Assembly: GCA_903888345.1 (NCBI GenBank)
Contig: CAISTG010000036.1
Location: forward strand, 1,988-65,987
Length of the DNA stretch: 64,000 nucleotides
Reading direction: 5' to 3'
Origin: Candidatus Buchananbacteria bacterium
Lineage (GTDB): Bacteria > Patescibacteriota > Patescibacteriia > 2-01-FULL-39-33
Position numbers and translations under genes: made by a program. The notes under the pieces are model-generated. The model made no database searches. It was not told the origin of the DNA and saw only the letters and a list, made by a program, of their open reading frames with translations. Below are positions 46,084-58,026 of the stretch, in pieces; the stretch's first letter is position 1, and each line of letters opens with the position of its first letter.

Positions 46084-46602
46084 ATGAAGAGTGAAAAAAT
46101 TTGGCTGGTTGTTTTATTAATCTCAGCTATTCTGGCGCAATTCGCTCTGGAGAATAGTTTTAGTTTTTTGGGTGGGAAAATAAATTTGATTCTGGTGGCA
46201 CTGGTAGTTTTAATTAACTTAATGGATTTTTCCTTTGTTATAATTTTTGCGGTTATTGCTGGTTTGATTTTGGATATTTATTCTGGTTTGCCGTTTGGCT
46301 TAATTAGTTTATCACTATTTTTGACGGCCCTCTTAGGTGAGTTGCTGTTTGTTAATTTTTTTACTAATTTCTCTTTTTATTCGCTACTCATTATGGGTTT
46401 CTTGGCGGCCGTGTTTTATCATTTGTTGTTTTCATTGTTAGTGGTCGGCAGTTACTTTGTCGGTTTAAGTGATTTTCTGCCTAAGCTAACTGATTTTTAT
46501 GGTCTTCTGTGGCAAGTGTTGAGCGCTGAGGTTTTGATGGTCTTAGCCTATTATTTGGTCAATATGTTATCAAAGCGCTTTAAACCGATATTTTTAAGAT
46601 AG
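46084..46602 (+). CDS. mreD: Rod-shape-determining protein MreD (polytopic membrane protein).
   Basis: About 5 transmembrane helices and 172 aa. Positioned between mreC and PBP2. Confidence 0.6.
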   Translation: MKSEKIWLVVLLISAILAQFALENSFSFLGGKINLILVALVVLINLMDFSFVIIFAVIAGLILDIYSGLPFGLISLSLFLTALLGELLFVNFFTNFSFYSLLIMGFLAAVFYHLLFSLLVVGSYFVGLSDFLPKLTDFYGLLWQVLSAEVLMVLAYYLVNMLSKRFKPIFLR

Positions 46603-46606
46603 TGGC

Positions 46607-48514
46607 ATGAATAATCCTTTTAAACAATTAGAGCCGATCGATCTAAATCGGAAGAGCTCTCGGGGCTGGGTAGAAACCAGTTGTGACTTGACCGGCGATT
46701 GCAGTAGCGGCGTCGAGGCGGGATTTTTGAGTTTATCGCTGAGCCGTTCCAAGATTATTGGTTTTTTTGCCGTCATCTTTTTGATTATTGGAGTCTTATT
46801 AGTAAAAAGTTTTTATTTACAAATTATTAGTGGTAATAAGTATTATGCTTTAGCCGAAAATAATCGTATTAAGGTTGATTATAATAAGGCGCATCGTGGA
46901 ATTTTTGTTGATCGTAATGGCAAAGTCTTAGTTAATAATCTTTTTGGCTTTACGATTTCATTATTGCCGGCTGATTTGCCTAAGGCGGCCGATAAAAAGG
47001 AACAGCAGTTGCGTGATTTGGCGGCCATTATCGGTTTGCCGTATGAGGAAATTACTGCTCGTTTAGTGGGCTCAGAAAAACGTTTTTTTCAGCCGATCTT
47101 ATTGCGGGCCGGCATTCCTTATGATCAGGCCATGATTATTAAGATTAAGGCTGAAGAATTGCCGGGCGTAGAATTGAGTGTTGATGCTTGGCGCTTGTAT
47201 CCTTATAGTGAGTCCATGTCGCATCTCTTGGGCTATATTGGTAAAATCGATAGTGACGAGTATCAGAAGTTATCAGCCGATTATCTGCTCGATGATAATA
47301 TTGGTAAGGCCGGATTGGAACAACAATATGAAACGAGACTAAAAGGAGTTAATGGTGAAACGCGGGTGGAAGTTGATGCCTTGGGTCGCAGAAAAAAAAT
47401 TATATCTCAAAGTCAACCAGTCGCTGGCAGCAATATCGTGCTCTCCATTGATGTTGATCTTCAGGAAAAACTTTATGCGATTTTTAAAGAAAAAATTCCG
47501 ACGGGTCGGGGAGCGGCCATTGTTACCAATTGTTCTAATGGAGAAATTTTAGCTTTAGTTGATTATCCGAGCTACGATAATAATTTGTTTACAGGCGGTA
47601 TCAGCCAAACTGAATATAAAAAGTTATTAGATGATGAGCGGAAGCCGTTATTTGGCCGGGCGATTTTCGGTGAGTATCCCTCGGGTTCGACCGTTAAGAT
47701 CGTAATGTCATCGGGCGCGTTGCAAGAAGGCATCGTGACCAAAAATACCACCGTCAACTCGACTGGCGGTTTGCATGTTGGTCAGTGGACTTTCCCTGAT
47801 TGGAAAGCGGGCGGTCATGGCGTCACTAATGTCACTAAGGCCATTGCGATGTCAGTCAATACTTTCTTCTATTATATTGGTGGCGGCTATGGTGACTTTA
47901 AGGGTTTAGGAATTGATAAGATTGTTAAATATTTTAAGATGTTCGGCTTAGGTGAAAAAACTGGCATCGATTTACCGGGTGAGCGTAAGGGTTTTGTGCC
48001 GACACCGGAATGGAAGAAGAATGTTAGAAATGAAGTTTGGTATATTGGCGACACTTATCATGTTTCCATTGGTCAAGGTGATTTACTGGTGACGCCACTA
48101 CAAGTTAATAATTATACAGTCGCCGTCGCTAATGGTGGGCATCTGTTGACGCCGCATTTAGCAATCGGTAGTGTTGACGCCAGCGGCAATAAACAACTTT
48201 TTAATTATCCAGAAATTAGAGATGTAGCGGTTAGTGCAGAAAACTTAAAAATTGTGCGTGAAGGTATGCGCGAAACAGTGACCGCTGGTTCGGCGCAAAG
48301 CTTGAAAAATATCCCCGTGGCTGTGGCTGGTAAAACTGGAACCGCTCAATGGAGTGAGACTAAAAACAACCATGCCTGGTTCACCGCTTTTGCCCCCTAC
48401 GACAATCCAAATTTCTGTATTACTGTTCTAGTAGAAGAGGGCGGGGAAGGGTCTTCAATCGCCGTACCGATCGCTAGAGAGGCTCTGCAATGGTGGTTTT
48501 CTGGGAAAAAATAG
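46607..48514 (+). CDS. mrdA: Penicillin-binding protein 2 (elongasome transpeptidase).
   Basis: SxxK (SGSTVK), SxN (SVN) and KTG (KTGTAQ) motifs. N-terminal transmembrane helix and dimerisation domain. Confidence 0.85.
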   Translation: MNNPFKQLEPIDLNRKSSRGWVETSCDLTGDCSSGVEAGFLSLSLSRSKIIGFFAVIFLIIGVLLVKSFYLQIISGNKYYALAENNRIKVDYNKAHRGIFVDRNGKVLVNNLFGFTISLLPADLPKAADKKEQQLRDLAAIIGLPYEEITARLVGSEKRFFQPILLRAGIPYDQAMIIKIKAEELPGVELSVDAWRLYPYSESMSHLLGYIGKIDSDEYQKLSADYLLDDNIGKAGLEQQYETRLKGVNGETRVEVDALGRRKKIISQSQPVAGSNIVLSIDVDLQEKLYAIFKEKIPTGRGAAIVTNCSNGEILALVDYPSYDNNLFTGGISQTEYKKLLDDERKPLFGRAIFGEYPSGSTVKIVMSSGALQEGIVTKNTTVNSTGGLHVGQWTFPDWKAGGHGVTNVTKAIAMSVNTFFYYIGGGYGDFKGLGIDKIVKYFKMFGLGEKTGIDLPGERKGFVPTPEWKKNVRNEVWYIGDTYHVSIGQGDLLVTPLQVNNYTVAVANGGHLLTPHLAIGSVDASGNKQLFNYPEIRDVAVSAENLKIVREGMRETVTAGSAQSLKNIPVAVAGKTGTAQWSETKNNHAWFTAFAPYDNPNFCITVLVEEGGEGSSIAVPIAREALQWWFSGKK

Positions 48515-48635
48515 GAGTTTTCCACAGTCCTTGACATTATATTTAGGCTATGATATTATATTAACTATAAATTTCTCAAATGCCTAACGGAAGGTGTTTT
48601 TAAATTGTATTAAAAATTAACTACTTTATTATAGT

Positions 48636-49094
48636 ATGAGCGACAATTATATCTCCACTGCGGGATTGAAAAAAGTTAAAGAAGAGCTAGAAAAACTCAA
48701 GGCGATTGATCGTCCTGAGGTTATTGATCGTATCGCCAAAGCACGTGAGTTGGGCGATCTTTCCGAGAATGCTGAGTATCATGATGCCCGCGAGAAACAA
48801 AGTTTCATCGAGGGTCGCATTATGGAATTGGAGAATGCGGTTAAGGATGCTGTGATCATCAAAGTCAAACAATCAGACGTTATCCAAATCGGATCAACCG
48901 TCCACGCCACTTGCGATAATGGCATGGAGGTCAAATATACTATTGTCGGACACAGTGAAGCGAGTCCGGCTGAGGGAAGAATTTCTCATCAGTCACCTTT
49001 AGGCATGGCCTTTTTGGGTAAAGGAATCGGTCACGAATTCGAATTAAAGATTCCGGCTGGCACTTTGAAATGTAAAATTAATCACATCGAATAA
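48636..49094 (+). CDS. greA: Transcription elongation factor GreA.
   Basis: N-terminal coiled coil with the acidic tip DLSENAEY. C-terminal FKBP-like domain. Length 152 aa. Confidence 0.9.
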   Translation: MSDNYISTAGLKKVKEELEKLKAIDRPEVIDRIAKARELGDLSENAEYHDAREKQSFIEGRIMELENAVKDAVIIKVKQSDVIQIGSTVHATCDNGMEVKYTIVGHSEASPAEGRISHQSPLGMAFLGKGIGHEFELKIPAGTLKCKINHIE

Positions 49095-49116
49095 ACAACC
49101 AATAGGAGGTTTGCTC

Positions 49117-49521
49117 ATGGCAACGGACAATCAGGATGATTATCAGGATTATGAGTTGAGGTCAGGCGAGACATTTGAAGAATTTGTTCGGCGTTTGATA
49201 ATTTTAGAGATTGCCAAAAAGAGCTTATTGGTCTTTCTCTGGCAGTTGCAACAAAAAATCGCTATACAGCAAAAAGCTGAGGCGGTTGTGGCGGCAGCGG
49301 AATTACTGAAGGGTTTTCGTAGTTATGCTCAACTGATTCCCACTGATGTCTTTGATGAACTGACGACCATGATGTTGGCTCTCGTTAAGGCGCTCTCGGC
49401 CACAGACGAAGTCGAACGGCGTCAGGCCATGCTCGTAGTAGAAATCTGGCATGACAGCAAGCCCAAAGTTGTTTTGGATTTGCCTCGGTTGCGGCAACTG
49501 GTATTTAATGTGACTTTGTAA
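49117..49521 (+). CDS. Hypothetical protein of 134 aa with a strong Shine-Dalgarno site.
   Basis: TAGGAGG lies 7 nt upstream of the ATG at 49117. Followed by a long terminator hairpin at about 49534-49582 (ccgtccg...cggacgg plus a T-run). The ORF-track start at 49111 is a TTG. Confidence 0.5.
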   Translation: MATDNQDDYQDYELRSGETFEEFVRRLIILEIAKKSLLVFLWQLQQKIAIQQKAEAVVAAAELLKGFRSYAQLIPTDVFDELTTMMLALVKALSATDEVERRQAMLVVEIWHDSKPKVVLDLPRLRQLVFNVTL

Positions 49522-49584
49522 TTAAATCAAAAAACCGTCCGACTCTAGTTAAGACTAACTAGTAGCGGACGGTCTTTTTTATTT

Positions 49585-51663
<2,079 letters not shown>

Positions 51664-51912
51664 TTACTAATTACGAATTAAAAATTTAATTATTTTGCTA
51701 AATTTAAACATATTATTATAATAATATCTGTCGGTCCGCCACGGCGGATTCCGACAGTAAGTGTTTAAATTAAGACTTTTCCACAACCTAATTTTAGCAT
51801 ATTTTTGCATTTTCAACAAGCTACTTGTTGCTTGCTTTTACTTCTTAAATATCGTAAGATTTAAGTGTTTTAATCGTACATTTATTCATACCGAATAGGA
51901 GGATAATATCTT

Positions 51913-52287
51913 ATGAATACTAGTACTTTGGTGGTAGTCGAGAGTCCATTTGCCGGTGATGTTTCCACCAACATTAAATATGCACGTGCCTGTGTTATGG
52001 ATTGTCTTAAGCGGGGTGAATTTCCCTTTGCTTCGCATCTGTTATATACACAAACTGGTGTTTTGCGTGATAATGTTCCCAGTGAACGTGAATTGGGGAT
52101 TATTGCCGGTTTAGCCTGGGGAGAAAGAGCTGATAAAACCGTGGTCTATATTGATTTGGGAGTAACTCGGGGCATGGAGTTTGGCATTAATGCCGCGCGT
52201 CAAGTTAAGAGACCGATTGAATATCGTACCTTGAATGGTGACGTCTTGTATCGGATTATTGGTAAAGCAACACCGATTAGTTTTTGA
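51913..52287 (+). CDS. Hypothetical protein of 124 aa with a strong Shine-Dalgarno site and a long leader.
   Basis: TAGGAGGA lies 9 nt upstream. A putative promoter TTGCTA-N16-TATAAT lies about 200 nt upstream and is followed by a nested hairpin. No secure homology; any NDT/Rossmann-like fold guess would be speculative. Confidence 0.45.
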   Translation: MNTSTLVVVESPFAGDVSTNIKYARACVMDCLKRGEFPFASHLLYTQTGVLRDNVPSERELGIIAGLAWGERADKTVVYIDLGVTRGMEFGINAARQVKRPIEYRTLNGDVLYRIIGKATPISF

Positions 52288-52404
52288 TTTTGTACCTCAA
52301 CGCTTACTTTCGAGTAAGCGTTTTTATATTTGCATTTAAAATCTGAATTTGTTATAATATATTTAAATTTAGATAGGAGGAAAGATTAAATTTAACAGAA
52401 TATT

Positions 52405-53859
52405 ATGTCAAGAACCACTATTAAGGAGGTGGCTGAAGCAGCAGGACAAGTCGTAACCGTTAAGGGTTGGGTGCATACCCGCCGGGATCATGGAAAATTA
52501 ATTTTCATTGATATTCGCGATCGTAGCGGCATTCTTCAAGTTGTATTTATTCCATCGAATAAAGAAGCACATGAATTAGCTCAAACTTTGCGTAGTGAAT
52601 TCGTGGTAGCGATTACCGGCCAGATCAATGAACGCCCGGCCAATATGATTAATGACAAGATTCCGACCGGCAAAGTTGAGATGTTAGCGACTGGATTAGA
52701 GATTATTAATGAAGCCAAGACCACGCCATTTCAGATTGATCAGGATACGATGGAAGTGAGTGAAGAATTACGCATGAAATACCGCTATTTGGATTTGCGA
52801 TCACTGCGCATGATGAACAATTTAGTGATGCGCTCCAAAGTTAATAAATTCTTTCGCGATTTTTTGGAGAAGCAGGACTTCTTAGAAATTGAAACACCGA
52901 TTTTAACTAAAGGCACGCCGGAGGGCGCGCGCGAATTTTTGGTGCCATCCCGCATTTGGCCAGGAAAGTTTTATGTTTTGCCGCAATCACCTCAGCAATT
53001 CAAACAATTACTGATGGTAGCTGGTACGGAAAAATATTTCCAGATCGCTAGATGTTTCCGCGATGAAGATACTCGTGGCGATCGCCAAGCTGAATTCACT
53101 CAACTTGATATCGAGATGAGTTTTATCGAACAAGAAGATCTGTGGCAGATTATTGAAGGTATGACGATTGAATTAGTCGAAACTTTATATCCGCATAAAA
53201 AGTTAACTGCTAAGCCATTTCCGCGCTTGACGCATGCCGAGTGTATGGAGAAATACGGCACTGATAAGCCGGATTTAAGAGTTAACAAAGAAGATCCGGA
53301 TGAGTTGGCATTTATGTGGCTGGTTGATGCTCCGATGTTTAAATATAGCGAGACAGAAAAGAAATTAGTTGCCGCGCATCATCCATTTACGATGCCGAAT
53401 CTTGATGATATGAAGGAGTTTCCTGAAGAACCGCGCAAGTGGCGTTCCTATGGTTATGATTTAGTTTTGAATGGCTTTGAAATTGGTGGTGGTTCAATCA
53501 GAATTCATTTACGCGATATCCAACAAAAAGTATTCGAACTATTGGGTGTGGGCGAAGCAGAAATCAAGAATCGTTTTGGCCATATGCTCGAGGCTTTTGA
53601 ATTTGGCGCGCCACCTCATGGCGGATTAGCTTTCGGCATTGACCGTGTGTTGGCGATTTTACAAAACGAACCGAATATTCGCGAGGTTATTGTTTTCCCC
53701 AAGACCGGTGATAGTCGTGATTTGATGATGGATGCACCTAACTATACTAGTTTAGCCGCTTTGCGTGAGGCTAATATCCGGTTGCCAGAAAAGCTAGAGG
53801 CCGAAGCTAAAGAAAAAGGTATTAACTTATACGGCGAGCAATCGCAGATTGCGGATTAA
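52405..53859 (+). CDS. aspS: Aspartate--tRNA ligase, compact form without the GAD insertion domain.
   Basis: N-terminal OB anticodon-binding domain. Class II motifs including FRDED.RGDRQAEFTQLD and a GIDR motif 3. Only 484 aa. Confidence 0.9.
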   Translation: MSRTTIKEVAEAAGQVVTVKGWVHTRRDHGKLIFIDIRDRSGILQVVFIPSNKEAHELAQTLRSEFVVAITGQINERPANMINDKIPTGKVEMLATGLEIINEAKTTPFQIDQDTMEVSEELRMKYRYLDLRSLRMMNNLVMRSKVNKFFRDFLEKQDFLEIETPILTKGTPEGAREFLVPSRIWPGKFYVLPQSPQQFKQLLMVAGTEKYFQIARCFRDEDTRGDRQAEFTQLDIEMSFIEQEDLWQIIEGMTIELVETLYPHKKLTAKPFPRLTHAECMEKYGTDKPDLRVNKEDPDELAFMWLVDAPMFKYSETEKKLVAAHHPFTMPNLDDMKEFPEEPRKWRSYGYDLVLNGFEIGGGSIRIHLRDIQQKVFELLGVGEAEIKNRFGHMLEAFEFGAPPHGGLAFGIDRVLAILQNEPNIREVIVFPKTGDSRDLMMDAPNYTSLAALREANIRLPEKLEAEAKEKGINLYGEQSQIAD

Positions 53860-53865
53860 GATTGT

Positions 53866-53891
53866 TACGTAGCGGGTTACGTAACAAAATA
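53866..53891. promoter_or_regulatory. Perfect 10-bp inverted repeat TTGTTACGTA-N6-TACGTAACAA: operator-like palindrome or terminator hairpin.
   Basis: Read directly. Located between the aspS stop and the next ORF start at 53905. Confidence 0.35.
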
Positions 53892-53904
53892 ATATTAATA
53901 TTTT

Positions 53905-54543
53905 ATGGTTTTTTCTCCAGAAACATCACAACCAAGTCAGACGCCGGAGTATGAATATGCTTTTAAGGATGCACAGACCGAATCTCCCGAGCAAATTATT
54001 CAGAACATCCAGGCCTTAAGGTTAAGGATTGCCGAGGCAGAGCAAAATATTATTAGCAATGAACAGGCCCTAACAGAGGCTACCGATGAACGTCGAAGGG
54101 GATTTTTGTTGGCGGAAATTGAGATCAACCGGAAATCGATAATTAAAGAGCAGGATTTTATTAAGGGTTATACTGACGGCGCAGCGCAACGAGCACAAAG
54201 TAATGATCCCGAAAAAGGTACTGATCAGATTGAAAGGGAATTCAAGAAAATTGAATTAAAAGTTGTTGATCCGGTAATGGATAAGGGGTTTTGTATTACT
54301 TACGACTGTCCCGATAGAAGCTTTTGCGCGCTATACAATATGGCCATTAAAAACGTTTTAGATAAAGAAAAAATGCGGCCATTTTTGCAAAGTGGCGATT
54401 GGTCTGAAGCGGGTTGGCATATGTGGGAAGTTTGGCAATTCACTGATCACGCTCAGATGGAAAGTTTTTTAGAGTTAATCCAAAAAGAAGCCGAAGATTT
54501 ATTTGAGCAATATAAAAATCAGAGTTACTTTTGGGAACAATAA
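53905..54543 (+). CDS. Hypothetical protein of 212 aa.
   Basis: ORF with an N-terminal coiled-coil-like segment and a C-terminal Cys/Trp-containing domain. No homology recognised. Confidence 0.45.
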   Translation: MVFSPETSQPSQTPEYEYAFKDAQTESPEQIIQNIQALRLRIAEAEQNIISNEQALTEATDERRRGFLLAEIEINRKSIIKEQDFIKGYTDGAAQRAQSNDPEKGTDQIEREFKKIELKVVDPVMDKGFCITYDCPDRSFCALYNMAIKNVLDKEKMRPFLQSGDWSEAGWHMWEVWQFTDHAQMESFLELIQKEAEDLFEQYKNQSYFWEQ

Positions 54544-54549
54544 TAATTT

Positions 54550-55368
54550 ATGAAAAAAATATTTTTGTTAGTTTTGGTTGCTTTAGCTGTTACTTTAACT
54601 GGCTGCGCTTTACCGTGGCAAAAAACAACGCCGGTGGCTTGTACGATGGAAGCCAAGCTTTGTTCTGATGGTTCGTCGGTGGGTAGAACTGGCCCGAATT
54701 GTGAGTTTGCTGCTTGTCCGACGCCAAAGTTATGTACTGATGGTTCGGTTTGCCCGGTGACATCAACTTCGCAGCTTGCCAATCCTGCCGCAGTTAATTG
54801 TGAGGGCAAGGGTGGAACGTCACTAGTAAAATATCGCGGCGATGGCGGGCAGTATGCCATATGTTATTTTGAAGATAATCGCGCTTGCGAGGAATGGGCG
54901 ATGTTTCGTGGCGATTGTCCTGTTGGTGGTATCAAAACAACCGGATTTAATACTGAAGCTCAAAGATATTGCGCTTGGTCTGGAGGTTCGACTTTTGCTG
55001 TAGCCAATGCCGTATGCAAATTTAAGGATGGATCGCAGTGTTTGGCTGAGGCATTTTATGTTGGTATCTGTCAAAAAGGCGCAATAACTGGCTCAGGTAA
55101 AAATAATTTTAGTGTAGGTGGTAATCTGACTATTAATAAGTCCGTTCATTATTTAACAGTTAGGAATTATAATTCACTGAGTGATTCCTGGGTTGAAAGT
55201 GGGCCCTTTGCCTTAAAATTAACAAGTGAAAGTAAATGCGAATCTGCCAGTGTTAAATTGACTAGTTGTTCTAATTTTAAAATACCCGATACTTATAGTG
55301 GTGTTACAATCGAGGGCTATATGAGCGGTCAAGAAATTATAGTATCGACATTAATTTTAGTTCAGTAA
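54550..55368 (+). CDS. Lipoprotein with a DUF333-like (so-called putative hemolysin) Cys-rich domain.
   Basis: Lipobox LTG|C. NPAAVNCEGKGG...ICYFEDNRACEEWAMFRGDCP matches my recollection of the DUF333 signature. Confidence 0.55.
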   Translation: MKKIFLLVLVALAVTLTGCALPWQKTTPVACTMEAKLCSDGSSVGRTGPNCEFAACPTPKLCTDGSVCPVTSTSQLANPAAVNCEGKGGTSLVKYRGDGGQYAICYFEDNRACEEWAMFRGDCPVGGIKTTGFNTEAQRYCAWSGGSTFAVANAVCKFKDGSQCLAEAFYVGICQKGAITGSGKNNFSVGGNLTINKSVHYLTVRNYNSLSDSWVESGPFALKLTSESKCESASVKLTSCSNFKIPDTYSGVTIEGYMSGQEIIVSTLILVQ

Positions 55369-55394
55369 TATTAATTTAATTTTTGCAATAGTAT

Positions 55395-56060
55395 ATGAAA
55401 TTAACTTTGGAGGGTGTTAAAAAAAATGCGTACGTTGATAATTTTATCCAGCAAACAGAAAAATATTTAGTTGCGCTGGGTTATACTGATCATGGTCCGC
55501 GACATGTCGGTATTGTAGCTACTCGTTGTCAAATGTTGGCCCAACGCCTTAAGTTGAGCGCGCACGACGTGGAGTTGGCTGGTGTCGCTGGGTATTGTCA
55601 TGACATGGGAAATTATTTGGGTCGCACGCAGCATCATTACTGGTCCGCCATGCTATTTTCTCAAATTTTTATTCCAGAAGCTGATCCGGCTGATGTTTCT
55701 CGTGTCTGTCAGGCAATTGTTAGTCATGATAAAGATGAAATCAAGATTGTTGATAAGTTGGCCGCTATACTGATTTTGGCTGATAAGTCTGATGTACATC
55801 GTGATCGCGTGGTACGTAAGGATTTGAAGGGCATCATGGGCGACATTCATGATCGAGTTAATTATGCCGCCACTAATAATAGTTTGAAAATAAATCCTCT
55901 ACGCAAGCAAATCGTGCTGAAGGTTACAATTGATACTAAGGAAGCGAGTCCGATGGATTATTTTCAGATTTTTTCCGAACGTATGTCATTTTGCCAGGTA
56001 GCGGCGCAGTTTTTGGGCTATCGCTTTGTTTTGATTATTAATAATTTTAAGTTATCATAA
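55395..56060 (+). CDS. HD-domain phosphohydrolase.
   Basis: H...HD...H...D pattern: HGPRHV, CHDMGNY, SHDKDE and ILADKSD. Confidence 0.6.
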   Translation: MKLTLEGVKKNAYVDNFIQQTEKYLVALGYTDHGPRHVGIVATRCQMLAQRLKLSAHDVELAGVAGYCHDMGNYLGRTQHHYWSAMLFSQIFIPEADPADVSRVCQAIVSHDKDEIKIVDKLAAILILADKSDVHRDRVVRKDLKGIMGDIHDRVNYAATNNSLKINPLRKQIVLKVTIDTKEASPMDYFQIFSERMSFCQVAAQFLGYRFVLIINNFKLS

Positions 56061-56125
56061 TTTTTTAGATTGAATTACTGTCTTATAGTAAAAGAAATAG
56101 CTCAATCTAAAAGGAGGGAAACAAT

Positions 56126-57181
56126 ATGGCAAAAAAAGTAACTAAAAAGGTTGTGACTCAAGCACCACCGGATAAAAACAAGTATAAAGGCAAGGGAGCG
56201 CTTGATGCTTTTTTAAATCTTTTATCGTTAATATCACTTGGTTGGACGTCCTGGGCGATTGGAGCGATTGCTTTTGAATTGATTTATCGCTATGTGGAAA
56301 TGCAATCAAAAGTAGCCAATATTAATATCTATTCCGATCAAGGTATTAAGTATGCGATTGCTTCGCTTTTGGTTATTGGACCGGTGTATTTCTTGGCGGT
56401 TAATTTGTTACATCGCCGTTATAAGACTGATGAACTTAACCATAATAGCGGAATTTATCGCTGGCTGACTTATTTGATGCTCTTAGCCTCGGCTCTTAGT
56501 ATCGTCGGATCGTTAATTGCTTTGATTGCTAGTTTCTTGAATGGTGATTATAGTTTGTCGATTGTGCTAGATATTTTAGTAATCATGGTGATCGCCTTAT
56601 TTATTTTTGGTTATTATTTTTATGATTTGAAACGTAGTGATTATAAGAAGATTGACCGAGTGTCAGCCATTGTTGGTGGCGTTGTGGTGGTGGCGATGAT
56701 TGTAGCGGTTATCTTCGGCTTTTTAAACGTTGAAACACCGGCAAAGACTCGCGCCAGGTTATTGGATTCACGGACTGAGAATGCCTTATCTAGTTTAGTG
56801 ATGTCGGTTGCTAATGATTATTCTATAAATAAAAAAGTGCCCAATCAGATTAGTAATTTAGCGGAATGGGTCAGTCCGAGTAAGGATATTTCTGTTGTCG
56901 GTATAACGTATCGCCAAATTGATAATCAGAATTTTGAGTTGTGTGCTGATTTTAATTTAGCTGCCGCGACTAAATATAATGTAGCCACCGATATGCCTTG
57001 GGGTGGCCATCCGGCGGGTCATGCTTGCTACAACTTTGATGCGAATCAGGCTTTGAATAGATATTATGGCACCAAGATTGATAATGGGATGGCGTCACCA
57101 GTCGTGACTCCCGCTGCGCCCGTTAATGTAATAGCTACTACTACCGCCACCACGACTGCTACTACCACTAAAAATAAATAA
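56126..57181 (+). CDS. Polytopic membrane protein of 351 aa with a threonine/alanine-rich C-terminal tail.
   Basis: About 5 transmembrane helices. AAGGAGGG Shine-Dalgarno site 8 nt upstream. C-terminal TTATTTATTTKNK. Confidence 0.5.
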   Translation: MAKKVTKKVVTQAPPDKNKYKGKGALDAFLNLLSLISLGWTSWAIGAIAFELIYRYVEMQSKVANINIYSDQGIKYAIASLLVIGPVYFLAVNLLHRRYKTDELNHNSGIYRWLTYLMLLASALSIVGSLIALIASFLNGDYSLSIVLDILVIMVIALFIFGYYFYDLKRSDYKKIDRVSAIVGGVVVVAMIVAVIFGFLNVETPAKTRARLLDSRTENALSSLVMSVANDYSINKKVPNQISNLAEWVSPSKDISVVGITYRQIDNQNFELCADFNLAAATKYNVATDMPWGGHPAGHACYNFDANQALNRYYGTKIDNGMASPVVTPAAPVNVIATTTATTTATTTKNK

Positions 57182-57300
57182 TAATATTAACTAACTTCCT
57201 GGATTCTCGGATATTCCCGCAATGGCTTGCTAGCCTTAATGCAAAAATTCCGAGAATGACGGATAATGATCTAGTCTAATAAACAATAATCCACAAATGT

Positions 57301-58020
57301 ATGGCCTTACCAGCAAAAGTAAAAAAATATCTTGACGCGACTGGCGTAGATTATGAAGCTTTGGTGCACAAAACGGTTTATACCGCCTATGATGCTGCTC
57401 AAACATTAAAAAAGGAATTAAAAGAAATCGCCAAGACCATTTTGATCGAGGCTGACAAAACTCATGTCTTATTGGTGCTACCGGCAGATAAGAAGATCGA
57501 TATGGAAAAACTCAAGAAAGCTTTGGGTGCTAAAAAGATTTCTATTCCTAGTGAAAAGGTGATGATCAAGGTCTTAAAAATTCAGCCAGGCACTTTATCG
57601 TCATTTGGTAAATTACACAATTTAGAAGTTGTCGTTGATAAAGCAATGTTGAATGCTCAGAAAATGGTAGTTTCAACCGGTAGTTTTACTGATTCAGTTT
57701 TTATGAAGGTTAAAGATTTTATTCAATCACAAGAGGCCCACTTGGCAAATGTCGCCATGGCTGGTGGTTATAAGATCCCGAAGCAAATGAAGAAAACCAT
57801 GAAGAAAGTTAAGAAACAAGTATCAGCAAAAAAGGATAAAATCACGAAAGTCAAAGTGCCTAAAGCGATCAAGAAACTAGTTAAGCCAGTTAAGAAGGCA
57901 ATTAAGAAAGCCGTTACTAAGCCAGTAGCTAAGAAAAAAGTTGTTAAGAAAGTAGCAAAGAAGGCTACTAAGAAAGTGGTTAAGAAGGTAGCTAAAAAAG
58001 TTGCTAAGAAGAAAAAATAA
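57301..58020 (+). CDS. YbaK/ProX-type aminoacyl-tRNA trans-editing deacylase domain fused to a Lys/Ala-rich histone-H1-like tail.
   Basis: Residues 1-165 align block by block with E. coli YbaK: KTILIEADKTHVLLVLPADKKIDMEKLKKALGAKKI against [39 protein letters not shown]. Residues 166-239 are KK(V/A)xKK repeats. Confidence 0.65.
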   Translation: MALPAKVKKYLDATGVDYEALVHKTVYTAYDAAQTLKKELKEIAKTILIEADKTHVLLVLPADKKIDMEKLKKALGAKKISIPSEKVMIKVLKIQPGTLSSFGKLHNLEVVVDKAMLNAQKMVVSTGSFTDSVFMKVKDFIQSQEAHLANVAMAGGYKIPKQMKKTMKKVKKQVSAKKDKITKVKVPKAIKKLVKPVKKAIKKAVTKPVAKKKVVKKVAKKATKKVVKKVAKKVAKKKK

Positions 58021-58026
58021 ATATTT

